Shown piece after piece: positions 18,420 through 27,726 of a stretch of 64,000 bases of DNA; the first letter of the stretch is position 1, and each line of letters opens with the position of its first letter. The stretch is from the NCBI GenBank assembly GCA_017624855.1, contig JAGAMF010000002.1, positions 67,866-131,865 of the forward strand, read 5' to 3'. This stretch comes from Lachnospiraceae bacterium. Lineage in GTDB: Bacteria; Bacillota; Clostridia; Lachnospirales; Lachnospiraceae. The position numbers and the translations under genes are program-made. Below the pieces are notes generated by a model that ran no database searches, had not been told where the DNA came from, and saw only the letters and a program-made list of their open reading frames with translations.

Positions 18420-18589
18420 TATCCGTTTTAAAAATTATTCATTTTTTATTTATATTTGCGGTATTTACACTCTAAAAGTCATGTAACAATTTCATCCGTA
18501 TTTTTGCCACCAATATAAACTGTAAATTTCTGAAAAGCAAGGACTTTTATGTAAAAAACGCCTTTTCAAACAAATAAGTCAAAAATATG

Positions 18590-18628
18590 AAAAAAGTATG
18601 ACAAATTCGGGTGAAAATGTCATACTTT
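18590..18628 (-). terminator. Intrinsic terminator after ychF
   Basis: Minus strand AAAGTATGACA...TGTCATACTTTTTT. Confidence 0.75.
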
Positions 18629-18649
18629 CGTAATGGTTTCTGTAACAAT

Positions 18650-18677
18650 TGTAATAAAGTTGTAATTTATCCGTAAT
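18650..18677 (+). promoter_or_regulatory. WalR-box-like direct repeat
   Basis: TGTAAT-AAAGT-TGTAAT-TTATC-CGTAAT (11-nt period) matches TGTWAH-N5-TGTWAH; it is far from the nearest promoter and the region is AT-rich. Confidence 0.35.
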
Positions 18678-18682
18678 ACATT

Positions 18683-19780
18683 TTATACATTAAAACGGAA
18701 CAAAATTACATCGCCGTCCTTAACCACATATTCCTTACCTTCCAGTCCCACAAGACCTTTTTCCTTGGCTGCGGCGATGGAGCCCTGCTCCATAAGATTC
18801 TCATAAGATACTACTTCTGCCTTAATGAAGCCACGCTCGAAATCGGTATGGATTTTACCTGCTGCCTGAGGTGCCTTGGTGCCAACCTTAATGGTCCATG
18901 CACGGCACTCATCCTCGCCTGCGGTCAAGAAACTGATTAAGCCAAGAATACGATAACTTGCTGCAATCAACTTCTCAAGGCCGGATTCGGATAAACCTAA
19001 CTCTTCCAAGAACATTGCCTTCTCGTCGTCATCCAATTCTGCAATCTCCTGCTCAATCTGGGCACAAATGACAAATACCTCGCTGCCATCCTCTGCCGCA
19101 AATGCGCGAACCGCCTGTACATGCGCATTGTCTGCACCGTCATTTGCCAAATCATCCTCTGCCACATTGGCTGCATAGATTACAGGTTTCGCAGTTAATA
19201 AGTTATAAGACTTTAACCAGTCCGCTTCATCATCATCTTCTGTTTCAAAAGACTTGGCAAGCTTACCTTCTTCCAAGAATGCCTTGATTCTCTCCAATAA
19301 AGCCAATTCCTTGGCAAGGGTTTTATCATTTCTTGCGCCCTTGCTTGTCTTGGCAATTCTTCTCTCTAAAATTTCGATATCGGAGAAGATTAACTCCAAG
19401 TTAATGGTTTCAATATCTCTTACGGGAGATACACTTCCGTCTACATGTACTACATTGCTGTCTTCAAAGCAGCGAACCACATGAACAATGGCATCCACTT
19501 CACGAATATTGCTAAGGAACTGGTTTCCCAAACCTTCTCCCTTGGACGCACCTTTTACAAGGCCTGCAATATCAACAAATTCAATGACTGCCGGGGTTAC
19601 CTTCTTGGTGTTGTATAACTCGCCCAGCTTCTTAATGCGCTCATCGGGAACGGATACAATACCTACATTGGGGTCGATGGTACAGAAAGGATAATTTGCC
19701 GATTCTGCGCCTGCCTTGGTCAGTGAATTGAATAATGTACTTTTGCCCACATTGGGAAGTCCTACTATGCCTAATTTCAT
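18683..19780 (-). CDS. ychF: Ribosome-binding ATPase YchF
   Basis: GIVGLPNVGKST, ANYPFCTIDPN, DIAGLVKGAS, IHTDFERGFI, EGKEYVVKDGD. Confidence 0.98.
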   Translation of the reverse strand: MKLGIVGLPNVGKSTLFNSLTKAGAESANYPFCTIDPNVGIVSVPDERIKKLGELYNTKKVTPAVIEFVDIAGLVKGASKGEGLGNQFLSNIREVDAIVHVVRCFEDSNVVHVDGSVSPVRDIETINLELIFSDIEILERRIAKTSKGARNDKTLAKELALLERIKAFLEEGKLAKSFETEDDDEADWLKSYNLLTAKPVIYAANVAEDDLANDGADNAHVQAVRAFAAEDGSEVFVICAQIEQEIAELDDDEKAMFLEELGLSESGLEKLIAASYRILGLISFLTAGEDECRAWTIKVGTKAPQAAGKIHTDFERGFIKAEVVSYENLMEQGSIAAAKEKGLVGLEGKEYVVKDGDVILFRFNV

Positions 19781-19811
19781 TTTTCTATTTCCTCCTTAAA
19801 AAGCCTCGCTC

Positions 19812-20309
19812 TTATTCTTCCACAGCTTCTTTCTTTGGTTTCTTAAAAATCAACAACTTACTGAATACATAATTCAGAATGGTTACCAAAACTGCTGAAA
19901 TACATATTTTTACAACCCAATAATTAATGGAATCTATATCGGCATTGGCAAGGTTTAAGTTCATCCAACCGCCCACCTTTATAATCAGGTTGTTTAAGGG
20001 CACAATATTTACAAAAAACCACATAATCAGAATGTCAAGAATCCATGTGGAAAGTCTTGAACCTGCAAATCCAAAAAACTCTTTCATGATCTTATCGTTA
20101 TGGCTTTTAAATACCCATTTACGATTTAAGGGATAAGCAAAAATTACGCCGGCTACCCATCCAATGGTATTAATGATAAAATTCTGCACATCCTGAGTGG
20201 GATCCAAAAATATCTTAGCGATAAAACATGCTCCCCAAGACACAATAGTGGTTAACACGCCTACAATTAAATAAATTATAATTTCACGATATTTCTCAAA
20301 AAACTTCAT
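19812..20309 (-). CDS. GtrA family membrane protein
   Basis: YLIVGVLTT...FAYPLNRKWVF...EFFGFAGSRL...K...VTILNYVFSKLLIF pattern; 4 TM segments. Confidence 0.88.
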   Translation of the reverse strand: MKFFEKYREIIIYLIVGVLTTIVSWGACFIAKIFLDPTQDVQNFIINTIGWVAGVIFAYPLNRKWVFKSHNDKIMKEFFGFAGSRLSTWILDILIMWFFVNIVPLNNLIIKVGGWMNLNLANADIDSINYWVVKICISAVLVTILNYVFSKLLIFKKPKKEAVEE

Positions 20310-20330
20310 GATACTGTCCTCTTAAAATAA

Positions 20331-20386
20331 TAAAATCCGGGAGTTGTGTTACAACCCAAACTGCATTATAACACAACTTCCCGGAT
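20331..20386 (-). terminator. Terminator-like hairpin containing an extended -10 promoter for gtrA-ychF
   Basis: Minus strand ATCCGGGAAGTTGTGTTA...TAACACAACTCCCGGAT-TTTATTATTTT; TG-T-TATAAT (20373-20365) lies at the end of the 5' arm. Confidence 0.6.
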
Positions 20387-20451
20387 AATTACCACAATTA
20401 TCAGAGATAAATTTAAATGATGTGTTGTCGGCTCTTTATTTTATAAGCCTT

Positions 20452-23400
20452 TTATTCTACAACCGACTGATAAATCTCTTCCAAGCGTTTACCGGTAATC
20501 TCCTTCTCCTTAAGAATCTCTGTTGCAAGTTTAATGATTATATCCTTATTCTCTGACAGTTGCTTCATTGCATCCTCGTAGCATTCTTTTAAGATTTTAC
20601 CGATTACTTTGTCAGCCTCATAACGCATCTCATCCGAGCAGATATTCTCATACTCCCCTCCAAGATATGCGCCCTTATTCACACCAAGACAAACAAAACC
20701 TATGTCATCACTAAAGCCTAACTGCTCTACCATAGTTTTAGCTATGCCTGTTGCTTGCATAATGTCATTCGACGCTCCCGCAGACACATCATGATAAATG
20801 ATTTCTTCTGCAATCCTACCGCCCATGAGAATCTTAATCTTATTATAATAATCCTTGCGGGTTAAAAGTCTGTGGCTGTTACGCTCATGCTCAACATAGC
20901 CTGCTGCATCACCTCTACCGAGAATGGTAATTCGCTCTAAGCCAAACTCACCGCAAAGCAGTCTTGTCATCAGTGCGTGTCCCACCTCATGAATTGCCAC
21001 ACAGGAATCATCGAAATCATTGCTCTTAAGATTCAGCTTCGTACCCTTCGCTTCCGGATTTTCACTTCTGCGTCCCATAGACTTAATATCCAGGGTTTCT
21101 TTTAAGTCAGCAAGGAAACCGTCAACATTACAGATTTCCGTGGTTTCTTCCGGGTGATACTTTTTATCCGCAAGATATCCCTTCTTACTGTCGTGTCTGT
21201 GCTCGTAAGGCACCGGATTATGCTCCCAATCCTTTAGGTACAGCCCTCTTTCCGTGCGATGATACAATAAAACTGCCTGATTCAGCATAGCATGTACCAC
21301 TGCCGGAACTCTGCCTCCCAAAAGGTTCCAAATTCTCTCTGTCTGGGCTTTTGTAAATTTTTTGCCCTTGGTTACCTTCGGCTCTACACCTTTCTTCTTC
21401 ATAAAATCAGGGTCCATGCGGAAGCCGTATTTTTTAATTTCCAATTCAATCAATGCAAGAGAAGTACGAACATCCGGCATATTAATCTCAAAAGACATAT
21501 CAAATCTGCCCTCTCGCTTAAATGCCGCATCCAGACTGCCGGGATCATTGGTTGCCGCCAGTACAAAAATATTACCGCCGTCACCAAAACCATCCATTTC
21601 AATCATCAGCTGTGTCAGAACACCTCTGACGGCCCTATCCTGATTACGATTTCCACCAATGGCATCCACCTCATCCAAGAAGATAATCGCCGAATCGTAT
21701 TTTGCAGCCTCAGAGAACAAAATCTTAACTGCATTAATGGGATTCTCCATTGCCAGAATTTCAGCTGCAGCCAGAGGAATAAATGCCACATCCTTCGTCT
21801 CACTCTTGTTTTCAGCCGTTAAACCTGCGTATTTTTCTTTCAGACGCTTGTTTAACTGTCCTGCCATACATTTTGCAAGATAAGACTTACCGGTACCGGG
21901 ACTACCCATAAGCAGGGCTCCCTTGGGAAGGCGAATATTACGCTCTTTACTCAAGCCCGGATCAATCATCAGATCAATCACTTCATTGATTTCTTTCTTA
22001 AGACTGCTATAACCTGCATAATGCTCGTCCAGATTCTCTTTGACATCATTGATGACTTCGAAAGGCATTCTCTTTAATTCAGCCTTTAATTCTGCAGAAT
22101 ACTGGCGATTAATATTCTCCGTAACACGGCTGATGGATTTCTCTAATGCCTCTGACATCCCATAGCCGATATTGATATACTTTTTACAATAATTAATCAG
22201 AATGCCCACGCCGGAACGATTACCAAAAAGACGCGAGCGACTTCGCGAAGTACCCCAGCCCAGAAATTCTTTTATTTTTTTCTCATCCTGAGCAGACAAT
22301 GCTACATCTTTAAAAGAAACGCGGAACAATTCATACAGCTCATCCAAACCGGGAGTCGGAATTGTTATCTGATACGGAAAGCGTCTGCTCAATCCTTCAT
22401 TGACACGGAAAGAATTACGCAATCTGTCTTCATAGCCACCAAGCCAAATAACCGTATTGGGATGCACTACTACTTCTTTTAAGGCATTGTCATTTTCATC
22501 TACCAACCTGCAACCCTTTAATCCGGATTCACTTTCCTTAGATACATCGATAACATATCCTTTTTGGGATGAAGCAATTGCCAAAATCAATTCAATCACT
22601 TCACTGGAAAAACCGTCCTTACCTTCAAAAAGGGTGTATGCTTCATCAATAAAGAGTACCGCCGGTTTCCCTTCCGGACCCTGGCGCTGCAATTTATGAA
22701 TCATTGAAGCAACACGCACACTGGTATGCCCCACATAAGCACCTTTTAAATCACCGCCCGAAGTTTCAATAAAGGATGCCCCCAAACAGTTCTCTGCCAA
22801 CTTTCTTGCTGCCGTTGTTTTACCGGTTCCTGCTTCACCCATAAGGGTAATCCATGGAATCGGCAATATGTAAGAACTGGACTGCATGCAAACAGACACC
22901 AACTCGTCCATAGGCTTACCGGTTTGCTCGGACAATGCCATTACAGGAAACCAATCCGCAAAAGCCGGTGTGAATTCTTCCATCAACTGCTCGGATACAA
23001 TATAGGCTTTGTCTCCCTGCCCCATTTTATTGCGAAAGCTCTGTTCTAAATTCTTCCGGTTATACTCATATCCGGTCTTTTCTAACCATTCATGGACATA
23101 CTGTTGCATACCCTGCTCACGGATACCGCTAAGTTCTTTCAAACATCCGGCCAGACCTTCCAAAGAATTGCACTTAGAAATAATTTCTCTGTCATGTTCT
23201 GAAAACTGATTGATATCCGTAAACTCCGTAACTAACTCATAATGTTCCGGTGTATCATATACCTTCTTTTTGCTGTCGACAAATTTTAAAATATTGTCAG
23301 CCTTACGGTTATCTTCTGCCGATATTTTGGATTCTTCATTATAACCGTCATAATGTTCTACTTCGAACAAATAACCCTTATTCTTAAAAAGAATCATAAC

Positions 23401-24546
23401 CTGTTTAGGTTCATAAATGCCATACTGCAGTTCAAGTAAAACTTCGCACTTCCATGTTTCCCGGTCAGACTGTATTTTTAATCGAATCGATTTTTCCTTT
23501 TCATCATCTCCGTTATTTCGAATTTGAATTCGCCGTCTATAATTCTCACCGTCCATCCCCAGCTTAGAACAAATCGTCTCAACGCACCGGATATGCTTTA
23601 GTATCTTTTCCTGCACACTTTCCTCTGCGCTTTCCCATGTTTCGTAAATGAGATGCTTATTAAGCACTCCGTTACGTACAACCTCTTCAAGGTCACTACC
23701 AACGCTACCGCCCCCTACGATTTCATAATCTAAGCCATACAATTCTTTCTCTTCTGCATACAGAGGCACGATATTATCACGGAACATATCCGGGTTTTTT
23801 GATATGCTTTCATCTATATTATTGCAATAATAGAATACGCCCTTCTTCACGCATAACTCTACAGAAGCCGCATCACTGTAATCTACTACAACCTTCCCCT
23901 CCAGCAACCAAACAATATCATCTTTACGCTTCCATTGCTTCTTTTTTAAATCATATATTTTAGTTTTCTCTTCATATTCTTCATCTATTTTATTATACCA
24001 ATCTGCCTGCAAGAGATAAAAGAAAGGAGTTCCGATCGAAGCACAAAGCAGGTTTTTCTCGTATTCCGAAGCACCATTCGAATCCCTATAAGGCGAAAAC
24101 ATCTCTATATTAAAATACTCACGCTGTGTTTCTCCTTTGGATATAACAAGACTCTCCGCCGTAAGATTTGTCGGGCATTCTTCGGATACGCCTACTTCTT
24201 CAAGCTCCCAAACCACACCATTTGCATATAACTTGACACAATCTACCAAGCCCTTGTTGCGACGCACCAAGCCGTCTACAAAAGCACGCAAATCCATTTC
24301 TATGTTATTAAATCTTTCATATACCGCTTTTCCATCCACGGATACGGATAAAGAATCATATTCCTCTGTAATTCGGTGGTCTTTTTGATCGGTTTTATAT
24401 TTTTCATATATATCCCTGACGCTTGATGCTATAATCTGCGGTGTAGCTTCGCTTTTATCCGACAAATGGACCTCATAGCGATATTCTTCGCATAAATCAT
24501 AGCTACCTTCATCGTTTTTATTTGCATAACGAATGTCAATTATCAT
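20452..24546 (-). CDS. Soluble double-AAA M41 metalloprotease: unknown ~550-aa N-terminus, CbbX/SpoVK-type AAA, FtsH-type AAA, peptidase M41
   Basis: AAA1: GEAGTGKT, AYVGHT, LFIDEAY, GGYEDRL...NEGLSRRF, FGN. AAA2: PKGALLMGSPGTGKS, IIFLDEVDAIG, EMDGF, AATN, REGRFD. M41: HEVGH, GGRIAEE, GASNDIMQAT. No TM helix visible. Confidence 0.85.
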   Translation of the reverse strand: MIIDIRYANKNDEGSYDLCEEYRYEVHLSDKSEATPQIIASSVRDIYEKYKTDQKDHRITEEYDSLSVSVDGKAVYERFNNIEMDLRAFVDGLVRRNKGLVDCVKLYANGVVWELEEVGVSEECPTNLTAESLVISKGETQREYFNIEMFSPYRDSNGASEYEKNLLCASIGTPFFYLLQADWYNKIDEEYEEKTKIYDLKKKQWKRKDDIVWLLEGKVVVDYSDAASVELCVKKGVFYYCNNIDESISKNPDMFRDNIVPLYAEEKELYGLDYEIVGGGSVGSDLEEVVRNGVLNKHLIYETWESAEESVQEKILKHIRCVETICSKLGMDGENYRRRIQIRNNGDDEKEKSIRLKIQSDRETWKCEVLLELQYGIYEPKQVMILFKNKGYLFEVEHYDGYNEESKISAEDNRKADNILKFVDSKKKVYDTPEHYELVTEFTDINQFSEHDREIISKCNSLEGLAGCLKELSGIREQGMQQYVHEWLEKTGYEYNRKNLEQSFRNKMGQGDKAYIVSEQLMEEFTPAFADWFPVMALSEQTGKPMDELVSVCMQSSSYILPIPWITLMGEAGTGKTTAARKLAENCLGASFIETSGGDLKGAYVGHTSVRVASMIHKLQRQGPEGKPAVLFIDEAYTLFEGKDGFSSEVIELILAIASSQKGYVIDVSKESESGLKGCRLVDENDNALKEVVVHPNTVIWLGGYEDRLRNSFRVNEGLSRRFPYQITIPTPGLDELYELFRVSFKDVALSAQDEKKIKEFLGWGTSRSRSRLFGNRSGVGILINYCKKYINIGYGMSEALEKSISRVTENINRQYSAELKAELKRMPFEVINDVKENLDEHYAGYSSLKKEINEVIDLMIDPGLSKERNIRLPKGALLMGSPGTGKSYLAKCMAGQLNKRLKEKYAGLTAENKSETKDVAFIPLAAAEILAMENPINAVKILFSEAAKYDSAIIFLDEVDAIGGNRNQDRAVRGVLTQLMIEMDGFGDGGNIFVLAATNDPGSLDAAFKREGRFDMSFEINMPDVRTSLALIELEIKKYGFRMDPDFMKKKGVEPKVTKGKKFTKAQTERIWNLLGGRVPAVVHAMLNQAVLLYHRTERGLYLKDWEHNPVPYEHRHDSKKGYLADKKYHPEETTEICNVDGFLADLKETLDIKSMGRRSENPEAKGTKLNLKSNDFDDSCVAIHEVGHALMTRLLCGEFGLERITILGRGDAAGYVEHERNSHRLLTRKDYYNKIKILMGGRIAEEIIYHDVSAGASNDIMQATGIAKTMVEQLGFSDDIGFVCLGVNKGAYLGGEYENICSDEMRYEADKVIGKILKECYEDAMKQLSENKDIIIKLATEILKEKEITGKRLEEIYQSVVE

Positions 24547-24576
24547 GGTAGTTTCCCCCTATGTACAAAAACTATT

Positions 24577-26034
24577 TTAGTCGTTATTCTCAGCTGTAAT
24601 ATGTACCAACACCGGATATTGAATAATTAATGTAAAAAAGCAAAGCGGATAAATCCATGGTACATATTCTCCCCCCATAGCAAATCCGGCATAAACAATC
24701 CACAAAAAGGCAAATAAATATTTAAAATCTCCGCGATATGATTTTTTTAACAAAAAAATCACAACGCCTATAAACCACACAACAAACGGCAAACCACCAA
24801 TAATTCCATATTGGAACAACCATCCGATATATGTATTGTGGGGTAGATCCCAATTATTTACCAAACAATAAAAATCAGGATGGCCAAACCAATTTAAATC
24901 TTGCAAATAACCTGCCCATATAGCAATTCTTCCACTGGTAAAACTATCAAGCATCGATAATATGGTTCCCTCACCAAAATACGAATCTTTTGTACCAAAT
25001 GTATACTTTGCAGTACCTATCCAGTATTTCAAATTATTATAAATTGTTTCATTTGAAATATAGTCTTTCATATTTTCGATATCAAGATGGTACACCCCCC
25101 ACAAGCCCAAGATAAAAACAAGACATATTCCTATAAATGTAATTGACCAAGTTAGAATTCTGCGTTTTATTACTCGTGATTCGTGACCTCCACCCCAGAA
25201 CATAACTCCAAACAAAAACATCATAACAACTGCGACTTCCGAGGTTCTTGTGTTAACCATAAAAAGAAAACATAAGGATATTATCAAAGCAATAACACTA
25301 AAAATTCTTAAAATATTTGTTTTCTTATCTTTTCCTCTCAACAATAGCAACCAGTAAAATGCACAAACCACTCCACAACTTGCCAATGCGCCTGCTGTTG
25401 ATATATTTAAAAAAGTTCCCAAATATCGCTCACCTGTATACGGCACTGCAATAAGAGATTTTACAAATAGTGCAGTAACGCTTAACCACATAGAAGTCGA
25501 AAAATATAGCATCAATTCTTTCCATTTATCTAAAGAGATCCGAACAAAATAAAAGATAACAAATGGAAATATGACATATATCAAGGTTTTGCGTTGTGGA
25601 CTGATTATTACCGACAAAACGATAGCGGACAGGAATAAAACTGTTAAAAATATATTTCGTTCTTTCCACTTTACGATCTTTTTTGCTACAATCAAATCGA
25701 TTAGCAACAACAAGAAAAACCATATAGAAATGCATTTGGCAAACATTGCTCTAAATAATTCAGCTTCAAAATTCCACTTATAAAAATACAAAAAAGAAAG
25801 TGTTATATATACAACTGATATTATAACAGGCAACGGCCGCCACACTTTTGCCTTTCTTATCAATAAAAGCACCAGGAAAAAGCACGCAATCGCTCCATAA
25901 TTATAAAAATCTCGAAATGTCTGATATGTTACCTCAGCACCTTTCCCAATCCCGATGTTCATAATAAAAAGCAATATAAACAATATAACTTTTTCTATCC
26001 TGTTACATAATATATTTTTCGTTTCTTTTTCCAT
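24577..26034 (-). CDS. O-antigen ligase/polymerase (Wzy_C-like) multi-TM protein, AT-rich
   Basis: Many TM segments; RYLGTFLNI, NTRT, TSGRIAIW and PHNTYIGWLFQYGIIG motifs; visibly more AT-rich than its neighbours. Confidence 0.75.
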   Translation of the reverse strand: MEKETKNILCNRIEKVILFILLFIMNIGIGKGAEVTYQTFRDFYNYGAIACFFLVLLLIRKAKVWRPLPVIISVVYITLSFLYFYKWNFEAELFRAMFAKCISIWFFLLLLIDLIVAKKIVKWKERNIFLTVLFLSAIVLSVIISPQRKTLIYVIFPFVIFYFVRISLDKWKELMLYFSTSMWLSVTALFVKSLIAVPYTGERYLGTFLNISTAGALASCGVVCAFYWLLLLRGKDKKTNILRIFSVIALIISLCFLFMVNTRTSEVAVVMMFLFGVMFWGGGHESRVIKRRILTWSITFIGICLVFILGLWGVYHLDIENMKDYISNETIYNNLKYWIGTAKYTFGTKDSYFGEGTILSMLDSFTSGRIAIWAGYLQDLNWFGHPDFYCLVNNWDLPHNTYIGWLFQYGIIGGLPFVVWFIGVVIFLLKKSYRGDFKYLFAFLWIVYAGFAMGGEYVPWIYPLCFFTLIIQYPVLVHITAENND

Positions 26035-26056
26035 AGTTGCAATCCTTTATTTCCCT

Positions 26057-26710
26057 CTAGAACTTTGCCATCAGCTTCTTGGCATTCTCATAGGCATCTC
26101 CGCCATACACGGAAGAACCTGCCACCAGAATGTTGGCACCTGCATCCATAGCTTCGTCAATGGTACCCTCACCAATACCACCGTCTACTTCAATATCGTA
26201 ATCCAAACCGAGTTCTTCACGCTTTGCCGCCAAAGCCGCAATTTTGGCTGTACAGTCGTGGATATACTTCTGTCCGCCGAAACCGGGGTGTACGGTCATT
26301 ACCAGAGCCATATCAATCAAGTGAAGATAAGGATATACCTTCTCAACATCCGTTTCAGGATTTAAAGCAAGTCCTACTTTTGCCCCCAAATCTCTGATTT
26401 GTTTTAAAACCGCCTCAGGATCTTTTAAGGTTTCAATATGAACCGTAATCAGGTCTGCACCGGAATTTTTAAAATATTCCACATAACGCTCCGGATCCAC
26501 AATCATCAAATGCACATCATATACAATATCCGATGCCTTACGAATGGATTTTAAAACAGGCATACCAAAAGAAATAGAGGGCACAAACAAACCATCCATT
26601 ACATCAAAGTGCAGGTACTTCGCACCGGCTTCCTCCACACGCTTAATTTCTTCTCCCAATTTTGTAAAATCCGCCGATAAAATCGAAGGTGCTAAAATTC
26701 TCTCTCTCAT
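26057..26710 (-). CDS. rpe: Ribulose-phosphate 3-epimerase
   Basis: LAPSILSADF, HFDVMDGLFVP, DVHLM, MTVHPGFGGQ, EVDGGI, VAGS. Confidence 0.97.
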   Translation of the reverse strand: MRERILAPSILSADFTKLGEEIKRVEEAGAKYLHFDVMDGLFVPSISFGMPVLKSIRKASDIVYDVHLMIVDPERYVEYFKNSGADLITVHIETLKDPEAVLKQIRDLGAKVGLALNPETDVEKVYPYLHLIDMALVMTVHPGFGGQKYIHDCTAKIAALAAKREELGLDYDIEVDGGIGEGTIDEAMDAGANILVAGSSVYGGDAYENAKKLMAKF

Positions 26711-26771
26711 TATTAATCTCCGTTCCTTATTGTATCTCTTTAACTATATTTTACTTTATCTTTTATATAAT

Positions 26772-26797
26772 AAAAGAGTGCCGCTGTTAAAGCACTC
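26772..26797 (-). terminator. Possible terminator/attenuator hairpin between rsgA and rpe
   Basis: Minus strand GAGTGC-N10-GCACTC-TTTTA. Confidence 0.4.
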
Positions 26798-26808
26798 ACT
26801 CTTTATTA

Positions 26809-27726
26809 TCAGTACTTCTTCTGCGCCTTTAACTCTTCGTAAAGCAACTTATAGTTCTCATAACGCAAAGCGCTTATTTTGCCTTCCGCCAATGCTTCTT
26901 TTACACCACACACTGGCTCACTGATATGAGAACACCCTTGGAATTTGCAGTTCACTTCATAATCGTCAAATTCCGGATAATATATGCATAAATCAGACTT
27001 GTCCTCCAAGAAAACCATCAACGAACTGAATCCCGGCGTATCCATCAGATAAGTTTCGTCGCCGATTAACTCCGCAGCAAACAACTCCGTATGTCTTGTA
27101 GTATGCTTTCCTCTGCCGATACGTTCACTAATCTCTCCGGTTTGCATCATTTCACATCCGCACAGCTTATTAATCAGGGAAGATTTGCCTACACCGCTGG
27201 GGCCTGCCACTGCTGTGGTTTTACCCGCAATTACCTTGCGTACCTCATCCAGCCCCACATCTTCCTTGGCACTTACAAACAACACCCGATTTCCGCAAGC
27301 CTCATAGGCCTGTTTAATTTCTGCAATCTCGTTTTCATCTGCAATATCGCTTTTATTAAAGCATATGGTACAGCTCAATCCCTGACTCTGCATCATAATC
27401 AGGAAACGGTCCAACAGATTAAAATTTGGTGTGGGTTTTGTAATGGCAAACACAATCAACGCCTGATCTATATTGGCAACACAGGGGCGAATAATCTCGC
27501 TTTTACGCGGCAAAAGTGCCGTAATGTTGCCAAGCATTTTGTCAACATCCAAGCACTTTAATTCCACATCATCGCCCACCAAAGGTTTTTTACCGTCTTT
27601 ACGGAAAATCCCTTTCGCTTTACATTCATATACCCCGTCATGAGGTACATGCACATAATAAAAGCCTGCGATTCCTTTTATAATTCTGCCTTTTTTAATT
27701 TCTTTTTCTTCCATTCGCTCCATCAT
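26809..27726 (-). CDS. rsgA: Small ribosomal subunit biogenesis GTPase
   Basis: Circularly permuted GTPase: NKSD, GPSGVGKSS, GKHTT, DTPGF; zinc finger CKFQGCSHISEPVC. Confidence 0.97.
   Translation of the reverse strand: MMERMEEKEIKKGRIIKGIAGFYYVHVPHDGVYECKAKGIFRKDGKKPLVGDDVELKCLDVDKMLGNITALLPRKSEIIRPCVANIDQALIVFAITKPTPNFNLLDRFLIMMQSQGLSCTICFNKSDIADENEIAEIKQAYEACGNRVLFVSAKEDVGLDEVRKVIAGKTTAVAGPSGVGKSSLINKLCGCEMMQTGEISERIGRGKHTTRHTELFAAELIGDETYLMDTPGFSSLMVFLEDKSDLCIYYPEFDDYEVNCKFQGCSHISEPVCGVKEALAEGKISALRYENYKLLYEELKAQKKY

Noticed and set aside
20452-24546. Annotating the 1364-aa protein as ftsH
   Set aside because: It lacks the TM anchor and the FVG pore loop and has an extra AAA ring and a long N-terminus, so the symbol was withheld.
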